Below are positions 1 through 11,176 of a stretch of 64,000 bases of DNA, piece after piece. A program made the translations under genes and the position numbers. This stretch comes from an uncultured Alphaproteobacteria bacterium. Its GTDB lineage: Bacteria; Pseudomonadota; Alphaproteobacteria; Rhizobiales; Rhodomicrobiaceae. Where the stretch lies: the NCBI GenBank assembly GCA_963772105.1, contig CAVYVV010000030.1, positions 35,660-99,659 of the forward strand, given 5' to 3'. Every line of letters starts with the position of its first letter. Positions within the stretch are counted from its first letter, which is position 1. Below the pieces are notes generated by a model that was not told the origin of the DNA, ran no database searches, and was given only the letters and a program-made list of their open reading frames with translations.

Positions 1-1334
1 AACGCATATTCCCAAGTTCTGGTACAATCTCACAGCCGATCTGCCCGGACCGCTGCCGCCGGTTCTGCACCCCGGCACCAGGCAGCCCGCGGGACCCGGC
101 GATCTCGAACCGCTCTTTCCAATGGCGCTCATCCTCCAGGAGGTGTCCGCCGAACGGGAGATCGAGATCCCCGAGCCGATCCGCGACGTTTACCGCATGT
201 GGCGGCCATCGCCGCTGATCCGCGCGCGCCGCCTCGAACAGGCGCTCGGAACGCCGGCCAAGATCTATTTCAAGAACGAGGGCGTTTCGCCGGCTGGCTC
301 ACATAAGCCGAACACGGCTGTGCCGCAGGCCTGGTACAACAAGGAGGCGGGCATTACTCGCCTTTCCACCGAGACCGGCGCCGGCCAATGGGGCTCTTCG
401 CTGGCGTTCGCGGGCGCGCTGTTCGGCATCGATGTGACGGTCTTCCAGGTCCGCTGTTCGTACGACCAGAAACCCTATCGCCGCGCCCTGATGGAAACCT
501 ATGGCGCACGCTGCATCGCTTCGCCGTCGAACGAGACGGAGTCCGGACGCGCCATTCTTGCGGAACATCCCGATAGCCCCGGCTCGCTCGGCATCGCGAT
601 TTCAGAGGCAGTCGAGGTCGCGGCGAAGGACCCGGCGGTGAAATATTCGCTCGGCTCGGTGCTGAACCATGTGATGCTGCACCAGACTGTCATCGGGCAG
701 GAAGCGATCAAGCAATTCGAGATGGCGGGCGACGACCCTGACGTCATCATCGGCTGCGCGGGCGGCGGTTCCAATTTCGCAGGGCTGGCTTTCCCTTTCA
801 TCGGGCTGCAACTTCGCGGCGGGCGCAAGCGGCGCATCATCGCGGTCGAGCCCGCCTCCTGCCCGTCGCTGACGCGCGGCAGATACGCCTACGATTTCGG
901 CGACACGGCCCACCTGACGCCGCTCGTCAAGATGCATACGCTCGGATCGACATTCATTCCGCCGTCCACGCCATTCGGGCGGCCTGCGTTACCACGGCAT
1001 GGGTCCGATGGTGTCGCATGTCTATGAGCAGGGATTGATCGAGGCGCGCGCCTATCACCAGAAGACCTGCTTCGACGCGGGCGTGCAATTCGCGCGCTGC
1101 GAGGGCATTGTGCCGGCGCCCGAATCGACGCACGCGGTGCGCTGCGCGATCGACGAGGCTCTCCGCTGCAAGAAGGAAGGCAAGGCCGAGACCATCCTCT
1201 TCAACCTGTCGGGCCACGGCCATTTCGACATGGGCGCCTATATCGCCTATTTCGAGGGCAAGCTCGTCGATCAGGATTATGACGAAGGCGAACTCGCCAT
1301 GGCGCTGGCCGGGCTTCCGAGCATGGCGGCTTAA
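1..1334 (+). CDS. trpB2: TrpB-like PLP enzyme (tryptophan synthase beta-2 type), 5' end outside window, frameshift near 965-1000
   Basis: GSHKPN PLP-lysine motif, [14 protein letters not shown]; C-terminal part (APES, LSGHG) in ORF 999-1334. Confidence 0.9.
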
Positions 1335-1339
1335 GTCTG

Positions 1340-1367
1340 GAGAAGGCGGGCATCGTCCCGCCTTCTC
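1340..1367. terminator. Hairpin between convergent genes
   Basis: gagaaggcggg-catcgt-cccgccttctc inverted repeat. Confidence 0.6.
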
Positions 1368-1392
1368 GCGATCAGTCTTTGCGGGCATCCGC

Positions 1393-1878
1393 CTATTCGC
1401 CGGCGATGATTTCGCTGACGCGCCAGTGGCTTTTGCCTGATGCGGCGACGTCATCGATCTTCCAGGCGCCGTCTTCCTGCACAAGTTCATAGCGAAGCAC
1501 GGTCCGCTCGCTATCCTCGTGCGATTTGAAATCCGCGACAACCACCGCTTTCTCGGCGCTTTCGCTCGCGGCGGTGATCTTGAGATCATGAACATCCGGA
1601 TCCTGGCTGTCCGAGACGACATCGAAATCGATATTGGGCACATCGCCCGCAGGCGTGCGCTTATCCATTTCCGCGAGCGCAGCGCATAGCCGCTTCGAAA
1701 GATAGCGCTCGCGCAAGCTGGCCTCGACGAAAATCGCAAGGGGCTGCTGATAATGGCCTGAAGGCCCGGCAACCCCATAAATCTCGGTGATCAGCGCGGC
1801 AGGCCCTCCTGCCTCTGCAAAACAAACTCCGAACGACGCCATAAACAGTGACGCGATGAGAAAAGCGATGCGAACCAT
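1393..1878 (-). CDS. DUF3828 (YbjP-like) exported protein
   Basis: Signal peptide, IDFDVVSDSQD and WKIDDV motifs. Confidence 0.65.
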   Translation of the reverse strand: MVRIAFLIASLFMASFGVCFAEAGGPAALITEIYGVAGPSGHYQQPLAIFVEASLRERYLSKRLCAALAEMDKRTPAGDVPNIDFDVVSDSQDPDVHDLKITAASESAEKAVVVADFKSHEDSERTVLRYELVQEDGAWKIDDVAASGKSHWRVSEIIAGE

Positions 1879-2047
1879 GCAGCCTCTCCTGATCTTGCTG
1901 GATCGAGGACTTCTTGAATGAAGAGCAGGTTTGGACGGTGCTTTGGGAGCGGTCAACAACCTGGGCTAATTTATCCTCGATTGCCACATCCGAGCGCAAA
2001 AGGTCTCGACGGCGTCGTTTAGCGGTCAGACCTTAGTCCTCCGCCGT

Positions 2048-5000
2048 TTACTCCGCCGCCCCTGGCGATAGCCGCTCAGGCGCGTGCGCATCCTTGGGCT
2101 TCTCCGCAGGTTCCGGCGCTTTCGTCGGGCCTCTCTTCAGCTTCTCCGCGATCCACTGGAAGGTCACATAAAGCGGCGGAATGGCGAAGATGCCGACGAA
2201 TGACGCGAGGATCATGCCGCCGAAAACCGGGCGTTCCGACGTCGCGCCTCGCGAGCTGCGAAGCGCCTTCCGCGACGACCAGCGGGTAAAGCCCCAGGAT
2301 GAAGGCGAGCGAGGTCATCATCACCGGGCGGAAGCGCAAGCGTGCGCCTTCGATCGCGGCCTCGAGCAGCGGTTCGCCGTGCTCGCGCTTCTCCTTCGCG
2401 AATTCGACGATCAGGATCGCGTTCTTCGCCGCAAGCCCGATGAGAACCACCATGCCGATCTGCGCATAAAGATCGAGGGTAAGCCCGCCAAGCAGGATCG
2501 CGGCAAAGGCCCCGAGCACGCCCACCGACACCGAAAGCAGCACCGGCACCGGGATGATCCAGCTCTCATACAGCGCGACGAGGAACAGATAGGCGAACAG
2601 GAGCGCGAAGCCGAGGATGATGCCCGTCTTGCCTTCGGCGCGCTTCTCCTGGAACGCCGTGTCCGTCCATTCGCCTGCGAAGCCCTGCGGCAGCGTCTTT
2701 GCGGCCACTTGCTCCATCGCGGCCAAGGCCTGGCCCGACGAAACGCCCTGGGCAGGCGTGCCCTGCACCGTGACGGCGCGCTTGTTGTTGTAGCGGATCA
2801 GCGCTGGCGGCCCGACGATGACGCGAGGCTCGGCAAGGCTGCGGAGCGGGATCATCTTGCCTTCGTTGTTGCGGACGTTGATGCGGTAGATGTCGTCGAT
2901 GCCCGTGCGGTCCGAGGCTTCGGCCTGGACCTGAACCTGCCAGGTGCGGCCGAACAGGTTCATATCGTTGACATAGTAGCCGCCAAGGGAGGCCTGCAGC
3001 GCCTGGAACACCGAGCTCAGCGGCACGCCGAGGATCTGCGCCTTGTCGCGGTCGATATCGAGATAGATGGACGGGTCGGTTGCCGAGAACGTGCTGAACA
3101 CGCGGTTCAGCTTCGGGTCCTGGTTCGCGGCAACGAGCAGGCCGCGCAGCACCTGCGCGAGCGTCTTCGGATCGCCGCCCTTCAGGTCTTTGAGCACATA
3201 GGTGAAACCGCCGCCCGTGCCGAGGCCGATGATCGGCGGAGGAGGCAAGGGCACGACAGTCCCGCCCTGGATCTCGCGCAGCTTCGTATTGAGCCGCGCC
3301 ATGATGCCGTTTGCGCTGTCAGCCGCGCCCCGGCGCTCCTCGAACGGCTTCAAGGTCACGACGAAGAAGGCGGAATTCGGCTGGGAGTAATTGTCGATGA
3401 AGTTCAGGCCGATGATCGAAGTGTAGTCCTGAACGGCATGTTCCTGCGCCAGGATTTGCTCGGCCTTTTCAACGATCTCCGAGGTCCGCGCGACGGATGC
3501 GCCGCCGGGAAGCTGCGTGACGATGAAGAAGGCGCCCTGGTCGTCTTCCGGCAAAAAGCCGGTCGGCGTGATCTTGGAAAGCCCGACAACGCCGAGCATG
3601 GAAGCAGCGACGAAAACAAGGCCGATGATCGAGATGCGGACGAGCCGGGCCACGGCAACGCCATACGCGTCGCGGACGTAATCGATGGAGCGCATCACCC
3701 AGCCGATGATGCCGCGCCTCGGCCCGTGATGAGGCTTCAACAGGATGGCGCAGAGCGCGGGCGAGAGCGTGAGCGCGTTGATCGCGGACAGGAACATCGC
3801 AACCGCGACGGTCACGGCGAACTGGCGGAACAAGCTCGCCCGAGATGCCGGGTATGAAGGCCACCGGCACGAAAACGGACAGCAGCACGAGCGTAATGGC
3901 GATGATCGGCGCGGTGATCTCGCGCATCGCGAGCTTTGTGGCGTCGGCAGGAGAAAGCTCCGGATGCTCCTCCATGACGCGCTCGACGTTCTCCACCACC
4001 ACGATCGCGTCGTCCACGACGATACCGATGGCGAGCACGACGGCGAGCAACGAAACCGAGTTCGCGGAATAGCCGATGGCATAGAGGACGATGAACGCGC
4101 CGATCAGGCTGACCGGCACCGCGATGGCCGGAATGAGCGTGGCGCGGAGATTTCCCAGGAAGAGAAAGACCACAAGAACGACGAGAATGAAGGCTTCGAC
4201 GAGGGTCTTTTGCACCTCATGGACCGTCTCCTTCACGAAGACGGTGGGATCGTAAGTGACCTTCCACGCGAGATCCTCGGGAAAGGCTTTCGCGAGGTCC
4301 GCCATCTGGGCCTGGATGGCGTTCATCGTGGTGATCGCGTTCGCGCCGGGCGTCTGGTAGATGGCCAGCGCCGCCGCCGCCTTGCCGTTGAGCCTCGTCT
4401 CGCGATCGAGGTTCGCCGCGCCAAGCTCGACGCGCGCCACGTCTTTCAGCCGGAGCACGGAGCCGTCGGGATTGGTCCGGATGACGATGTTCTCGAACTC
4501 CTCAGGCGAAGAAAGGCGGCCTTTCGTCTGGATGTTCAGTTGCAGCCTTTGATCGTCGGAGACCGGGCGAGCGCCGATGCGGCCCACGGCGGCTTGCACG
4601 TTCTGGGCCTGGATGGCGCTGATGACATCGCCCGTGGTCAGCCCAAGCCCCGTAAGCTTGTCGGTCTGCACCCAGGCCCGCATCGCATAGTCTTGCGGAC
4701 CCCAAAGCGAGGCGTCGCCAACGCCGGGCGTGGCCTTGATCTGGTCGAGGATGTTGATGGTGACGTAGTTCGAGATGAAGAGCGGATCGTGCGTCCCTTT
4801 CGGCGAATAAAGCGCGATGACGCCGAGCAAGGCCGACGACTTTTTCTTCACCGTCACGCCCTGCTTCTGCACGTCCTGCGGCAGCTTCGAAAGCGCCACC
4901 TGAACGCGGTTGTTCACGTTGACGGTGTTGATGTCCGGGTCCGTGCCAAGCTCGAACGACGCGGTGAGCGTGTAGCTGCCATCGTTGCCGCTGACGCTCT

Positions 5001-5238
5001 TCATGTAGATCATCTTGTCGACGCCGACGACCTGGGCCTCGATCGGCTGGGCAACCGTTGCATCGACGATGGAGGCGGACGCGCCCGGATAATTCGTCGT
5101 GACCGAGACTTGCGGCGGCACGACATCGGGATATTGCGCGACCGGGATAAGGAACAGCGAGAGCGCGCCTGCGATTGTGGTGACGATCGCTATGACGATC
5201 GCAAGCCGCGGCCTGTCGACGAAGACGGAGGAAAGCAC
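2048..5238 (-). CDS. RND efflux permease (AcrB/HAE1), frameshifts near 3840 and 2230
   Basis: FVDRPRLA start, [34 protein letters not shown] across two ORFs; probable end SPGAAE* at 2048. Confidence 0.9.
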
Positions 5239-5241
5239 GGC

Positions 5242-6348
5242 CTAGCTCCTTGCTTCAGGCATGGGCGAGGCGATGACCGGAGCGCCGGGCCGGACACCTT
5301 GTATGCCTTCGACGATGATCTGCTCGCCGGCTTTCAGCCCCGACACGACGGCAATATTCGCGCCAACCTCCCCGCCGGTTTTGACGCGGCGGATGACGGC
5401 TTTCCCATCCTCGACGGCGAAGACATAGGTGCCTTGCTGGTCCGCGATCAGGGCTGCTTGCGGGATGACGATTTGCTCCTGCGGCTTTCCGCTATCGACG
5501 TTGACGCGGACAAGCTCGCTGTCCATCAGCACGCCGTCCGGATTGGGCAGGGTGGCGCGCACGGTGACGGTATCGGTCGCCTTGTCGACGCTGACATCGA
5601 CGAAATTGATGCGCCCCTTCTCGCCATAGACGGTGCCATCGGAGAAGCGGACCGTGACCGCGACGCTCTCCCGATCGGCGGGCTTGCCTTGCTGCCGCAA
5701 AGCCAGGAACTCACGCCGGCTTACGGGGAAAACGCACATACATCGGGTCCTGGCTCACAATCGTCGTCAAGCACGCCGCTGTCGGGAGAGACGACGTTTC
5801 CTTTTGTGACCTTGGTCCGGCTGATTTTTCCTGTGATGGGCGACCGGATGTCGGTGTAGCCAAGGTTGATCTTGGCCGTGTCCAGGTCGGCCTGCGCCTT
5901 TATGATGTTTGCTGCCGCATTTTCATCCGCGGCTTCCGCCTGGTCGCGCTTTTGAGGCGTCCCGAAACTTTTCTGCAAAAGCTCTTTGGCCCGGTCGAGT
6001 TCCACCTTGCTCAGTATCTTCGATGCCTTGGCGCCTTGAAGCGCGGCTTCCGCCTGTTCAACCGCTGCCTTGAACATGTCCGGCTCGATGCGGTAAAGCG
6101 GCTGTCCCTCTTTGACGAGTTCGCCTTCCTTGAACAGCACGGCTTCAAGGTAGCCGGTGACGCGCGCTCTGCACTTCGACGCGCTCGATGGCTTCGATGC
6201 GGCCGACGAAATCCTTCGTCTGAGCGACGGGCTTCTCCTGTGCAATGACGGTCGTCACCGGCGCCGCCTGCGGCGGCGTTGCTTTTTGAGCGAAAGAAGG
6301 CGTGCTGAGCGCTGCAAAAAGCACCGCAAGCAAAACTGGGTTACGCAT
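5242..6348 (-). CDS. RND periplasmic adaptor (MFP), frameshifted in 3 pieces
   Basis: Signal peptide MRNPVLL, RVTGYL...GELVKEGQPLY, LGYTDIRSPITG, SGLKAGEQII. Confidence 0.88.
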
Positions 6349-6578
6349 GCGCGGGCCTTTCCTCTTTCTTATTCGGAGCCGATCGAGCGGGGCGCGGCCC
6401 TCGGCCTCCTGCAAAGGACAAGTGGGCCTCTTATAGGGACCCACCGATGGTAAACCGTAAAATCTGATTATCTAAGTTGGGCTGATTAAGCTTGCGCGAC
6501 GCTAATTTGAGTTTAGATAACCGCCTCATCGATAGGCGGAAAAGTCTAAAGGCTGAGCACTTTCCGCGCTGACGCTGT

Positions 6579-7031
6579 CTAGTGCCAGCTGAGCGTAATG
6601 CCGATGTCTCCTGGCAGCCCGCCTGGAAATTCGAGGATCTGATACCGGAGCTTGTAACCTTTCTCACGCAAATGATCGTTCCAGAGGTGATAGATCTCCT
6701 TTGGAATACCCGTCAGCGTCTTTTCCCAGCCCGGCTCCGCCTGATTGATGGCGCGTCCATGGTCGGTGCAAAGCGCGTTTGGAAAGCGGTGGACCTGCAC
6801 TTCCAGCAAGCCATTGTCCATCGCCCGCTTGATCACCGTGGCGGCCAGTTTGACTTTCTCTTCCTCGGACAGCCCGGAAGGCTGGCTAAGCTTCTTGATC
6901 AGCGCGTCCTTCTCGGCTTGCTCCGCCGCTTTCTGCCGGTCGTGTGCGGCAGCCTTTTCCGCCTGGGCTTCCGCAATGCGAACCATGACGTCCGATGCCT
7001 TGGGGAGGATATCGTCGACATTCGCGGCCAT
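6579..7031 (-). CDS. Hypothetical protein
   Basis: Intact 150-aa ORF with AGGAG RBS; CTDHGRAIN and FPGGLPGDIG segments. Confidence 0.75.
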   Translation of the reverse strand: MAANVDDILPKASDVMVRIAEAQAEKAAAHDRQKAAEQAEKDALIKKLSQPSGLSEEEKVKLAATVIKRAMDNGLLEVQVHRFPNALCTDHGRAINQAEPGWEKTLTGIPKEIYHLWNDHLREKGYKLRYQILEFPGGLPGDIGITLSWH

Positions 7032-7114
7032 GCCGAACTCCTTGAGCTAAACTTAAGCTAGACTGATGGCTTATTTATTACAGGTAATAATGCCGATAAC
7101 AGATACCCGATAAT

Positions 7115-7128
7115 TTGACATCCATCAA
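7115..7128. promoter_or_regulatory. FNR/FixK-like box
   Basis: TTGAC-atcc-ATCAA, one mismatch to TTGAT-N4-ATCAA, in a divergent intergenic region. Confidence 0.55.
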
Positions 7129-7254
7129 GGATAGGCAGATTATTATCCCTGCACAATACAATTTTTAAGGCCGTGATGACTTCCGCTCAAGGATGGGGAT
7201 CGTTTTTCATAAAATACAATTCTTTACCCAGTACACCATCGCAGGGAGTACGCC

Positions 7255-7425
7255 ATGAGGGATCAGGAGATGTTGAAAAAGGCCCCAGTCGGTTGGGCCG
7301 CGTTCCCCCAACTTTTTGGCCCCGCTGTTGAGTACGCAACCGATCTGGTCCAGCGGCAGATCCTGTTTTGGGACACGTTGGGTATCTATGCGACTAGAGG
7401 CGTTTACGCGCGCCGCAGATTTTAG
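7255..7425 (+). pseudogene. N-terminal remnant of a DUF3141-like protein
   Basis: GGGAG RBS then a 56-aa ORF containing EYATDLVQRQILFWDTL, resembling DUF3141 N-termini as I recall them. Confidence 0.45.
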
Positions 7426-7454
7426 GCTCACCGCGGAAAGCGTCGCTAAGCTCC

Positions 7455-9160
7455 ATGAATGACTCGCATCCTGCCTCGGCACCGCTAGGCTGGCTTTGGT
7501 CCTTTCGGCCAGCCCGGTGGCTCCCGGAATACCGCATCGCCTGGTTGTCGGGCGACGCCGTCGCCGGCATAACGCTCGCGGCCTATGCGATCCCGGTCTC
7601 GCTGGCCTATGCCGGTCTCGCAGGTCTCCCTCCGCAAGTGGGTCTTTACGGCTATCTCCTGGGTGGCTTGGGCTACGCGCTGTTCGGTTCATCGCGCCAA
7701 TTGGCGATCGGTCCCACCTCAGCCATCTCACTCATGATCGCCGGAACGGTGGGGGCGATGGCGGGCGGGGATGACATTGCGCTACGCTCAGATTGCCAGC
7801 CTGACGGGCTTCACTGTGGCCGCGCTTTGCCTGATCGCGTGGGCCTTTCAGCTTAGCGTGCTCGTTAAGCTGATCAGCGACAGCATCCTCGTTGGCTTCA
7901 AGGCTGGGGCGGGATTGACGATTGCCATGACGCAGCTGCCAAGTCTCTTTGGCGTGCAAGGCGGAGGGGATAATTTTTTTGAACGGGCTGCCCTGTTTGT
8001 CCGGCATCTCGGCCAGACGCAGCCCCTGGTGCTTGCCATCGGTATCGTCGCCCTCCTTTTTCTCACCTTTGGCGAACGGTTGCTGCCGGGCAAGCCCGTC
8101 GCGCTCGGAGTGGTCGCGCTGTCAATCGTGGCGGCATCCGCCCTCGGGCTTCCCGCTCTTGGAGTGCCAACAACGGGCGTGATCCCGGCTGGCCTACCCA
8201 CGCTCGAAGGGCCAGCGCTGCGGCTTCGCGACGTGGAAGGTATCGTTCCGCTCGCGGCGGGATGCCTGCTGCTTGCTTACATCGAAGGCATTTCTGCTGC
8301 CCGCACCTTCGCCGCCAAGCATGGCTATGCCGTCGACCCAAGGCAGGAGTTTCTCGGGATCGGGGCCGCCAATCTCGCGACGGCGTTGGGACAAGGCTAT
8401 CCGGTGGCCGGCGGGCTGTCACAATCGGCCGTGAACGACAAGGCTGGCGCGCGCACGCCGCTCGCTCTTGTCTTTGCCTCCGTGACGCTCGCGCTTTGCC
8501 TCCTCTTCCTCACAGGGCCTCCTGGAAAACCTGCCAAAGGCGGTCCTGGCCGCGGTCGTCTTGTCTGCCATATCCGGGTTGCTGGATTTCCCGGCCTTGT
8601 TCCGCATGTGGCGCATAAGCCGTCTTGACTTCTACGCCGCGTCGATCGCGCTGGGCGCGGTGCTGCTTCTCGGGATCCTGCAGGGCATCCTTCTCGCAGC
8701 CCTGGCGTCAGTCGTGATGCTGCTGATCCGGGCGTCGCGGCCGCATGTGGCCTTCCTCGGCCGCGTTCCCGGCACAAAGGCTTATTCCGATCTTGCAAGG
8801 CACCCTGAAAACGAACCGCTCCCCGGAGTGATCGCCTTCCGTCCGGAAGCATCCCTCCTATACGTCAATGCCGATTCCGTTCTCGAACGTGTCCTGAACC
8901 GGCTTCGTGCGGCTGGTCCGTCCGATATTCGCTTGGTGATCTGCGATCTCTCGGCCTCGCCCTATCTCGACCTCGCGGGCTCGCGGATGCTGCATGACCT
9001 CCACAGCGAGCTAGCCTCGCGCGGCATCGCACTGCGCATCGTGGGCGCCCATGGAACGTCGCGGGACTTATTGCGAGCGGATGGGATGGACGAAAAAGCC
9101 GGGGGGCTCGACCGCGTCAAGACGCTTGATGAGGTCCTCTCTAAAGCGTTTGATGGATAG
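7455..9160 (+). CDS. SulP-family anion transporter with STAS domain, frameshifted in 3 pieces
   Basis: GDAVAGITLAAYAIP, GSSRQLAIGP, C-terminal STAS-like DLSASPYLD. Confidence 0.88.
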
Positions 9161-9210
9161 GCTGACGAAGAACAGGGGCGCCGCATAATCCCAACGAAGG
9201 GGAGAAAAAA

Positions 9211-10019
9211 ATGAACGTGGAGCAGCCTGTCGAGAAGAAGAAACTGAAAAGGAAGGATTACGAGAAAAAGCTGCGCGATCTGCAGGTCGAGCTTTGCCAT
9301 CTCCAGGCATGGGTGAAGTCGGCCGGAGCCCGGATCATCATCGTTTTCGAGGGGCGCGACGCCGCCGGAAAGGGCGGAACCATCCGGGCCATGACGGAAA
9401 GGGTAAGCCCCCGCGTCTTCAGGGTTGTGGCGCTGCCTGCCCCGTCGGACCGGGAGAAGACTCAAATGTTTTTTCAGCGATATATGCAGCAATTCCCCGC
9501 GGCCGGCGAGATCGTCATCTTCGACCGCAGCTGGTACAACCGTGCCGGCGTGGAACACGTCATGGGCTTCTGCACGTCCGGAGCAGCACGAGCGGTTTTT
9601 GCAGCTTTGTCCCGAGGTCGAGAAGTACATCGTCGACGGCGGGGTTCAGCTCATCAAGATTTGGCTCGAGGTGGGCAAGGACGAGCAGGAACGCCGCTTT
9701 CTGGCTCGCATCAGCGATCCGCTGCGCCAGTGGAAGCTCAGCCCCATGGACCTTGAGTTCATACCGCCGTTGGTACGACTATTCGGAGGCGCGCGATAAG
9801 ATGTTCGAGAAGACGGACACCGATCATGCGCCCTGGCATATCGTTCGGTCGGACGACAAGCGCCGTGCGAGGCTGAATTGTATTGCGCACATCTTGAGCC
9901 TGATCCCTTACAAGAAGGTGCCGTCAGAGAAGGTTGAGCTGCCGAAACGATCCAACAAAAGAAAATATGACGACCGCGAGTTCCTGGCCGGACTGAAGCT
10001 GGTCCCTCAGCAATACTAG
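9211..10019 (+). CDS. ppk2: Polyphosphate kinase 2, frameshifted
   Basis: [39 protein letters not shown]. Confidence 0.9.
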
Positions 10020-10183
10020 TACAGCCGGAGGCAAGTTCGCGCCCCCTTTGTCGCAAGCGCTCAAGCGAACGTGCCTCCGAAAAGCTGTACTAAAGTCAAT
10101 AAGTTGCTAGTACGCCTTATCCGCGGGAAATCCTGGAAGCCGCTCGCCGCAAGCGGGGCAGGATTTTCCGCGGGGCGTACTAG
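10016..10183. repeat. Two tandem REP-like long hairpins
   Basis: ctagtacagc...gctgtactaa (10016-10093) and ctagtacgcc...ggcgtactag (10108-10183), each with internal paired arms. Confidence 0.6.
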
Positions 10184-10302
10184 TGTGGTTTGTTCGAAGG
10201 CTGTCGCCGCATGATGTCCGCCGGGGCAACGTCCGCAGTCCACGAAAGCGATTATGAAAAGGTGATCCTTATTGAGAACCCTTAACAGCCGGAAAGGGTC
10301 AC

Positions 10303-10491
10303 AGCAAGGGCGGGGTCGGAAAGTCGTTCATCGCGTTCCTTCTGGCGCTCCACTACAGGCATCTGCGCGAGCCGGTTCTCTGCTTCGATGCAGATGCAAC
10401 GACAGCCACCTTCTCCCGCTTCGCGGCGCTCAACGTGACCCGCATCACGCTCATGGGTTGAGGATGAAGTGCACTTTCCTGATCGCGGCAT
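10303..10491. pseudogene. traL: TraL/StbB ATPase remnant with internal inversion
   Basis: Minus strand gives IRKVHFIL; plus strand 10303-10461 gives KGGVGKSFIA...LCFDAD...ALNVTRI. Confidence 0.6.
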
Positions 10492-10511
10492 CCCCTTGGC
10501 GGGTCTCTACT

Positions 10512-10862
10512 TCAGATGAGCTTCTTGCTGTCGATGTCTGAGGGGTCGAAATGGAAGCCTCTTGCAGCGCCGGCGCCTGGAAGCTGGCGGGGGCTGGCAG
10601 CCCGGTCACGGGCTTCGGCCCGGGCAGGCTTTTGAACGGGCCTTGGGGATGGGTCATGCTCTCTCTCCTGTGCTCGACGGCTTCGATTGGCGTAGCGGAC
10701 GAACTGGCGGTAGCCGATGCCGAGGCGGGCCTCGAACAGCGCGTGAACTTTGCTCATTGGCAGCCCCTCTTGGAGGGCTTTGACGACCTCCGGCGCGAGC
10801 GCCGCATAGGCCACCCGGCCCTCGCCCCACCGCGCGTCTTTCCGGCCCGATCCTTTCGCCAC
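10512..10862 (-). CDS. traK: TraK/StbA-family oriT-binding protein
   Basis: GRVAYAAL...LQEG...LGIGYRQFVRY, C-terminal FHFDP...LI; divergent from traJ across the oriT. Confidence 0.7.
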   Translation of the reverse strand: MAKGSGRKDARWGEGRVAYAALAPEVVKALQEGLPMSKVHALFEARLGIGYRQFVRYANRSRRAQEREHDPSPRPVQKPARAEARDRAASPRQLPGAGAARGFHFDPSDIDSKKLI

Positions 10863-10930
10863 CGCCCGTTGTCCCGCTACGTTTTATAGGTTATGACCTA
10901 TCTGTTTCGGCGTATGGCAAACAAGGACAA

Positions 10931-11050
10931 ACTTCGTCAATCACTGTCATTCTTCGACAAAGAACGGCAGAAAATCGCGGGTTTGACGGAGATTGCCGAA
11001 GAATGACGGAGTTTGCCGGAGAGTGACGAAGATTGTCGGAGAATGCCAAA
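10931..11050. repeat. 10-bp phased direct repeats, putative TraK/StbA binding sites
   Basis: Seven units gtttgacgga/gattgccgaa/gaatgacgga/gtttgccgga/gagtgacgaa/gattgtcgga/gaatgccaaa at 10981-11050; inverted copies at 10931-10960. Confidence 0.65.
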
Positions 11051-11059
11051 GTTTTTGAC

Positions 11060-11089
11060 GGCAAGATGTGTGATGTAGGCCTACATCAC
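11060..11089 (-). other. Putative MOB-P type oriT (nic site plus inverted repeat)
   Basis: Minus-strand CATCTTGCC resembles the YATCCTG/Y nic; adjacent perfect 20-bp palindrome gtgatgtaggcctacatcac at 11070-11089. Confidence 0.65.
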
Positions 11090-11176
11090 CGCCTTCGGCC
11101 GTTCGGCCGAAGGCCTTCTTACTCGCCTTCGGCTCGACGAGAGCGCTGATGCGCGCCGGAAAGGAGAATGTAAACC

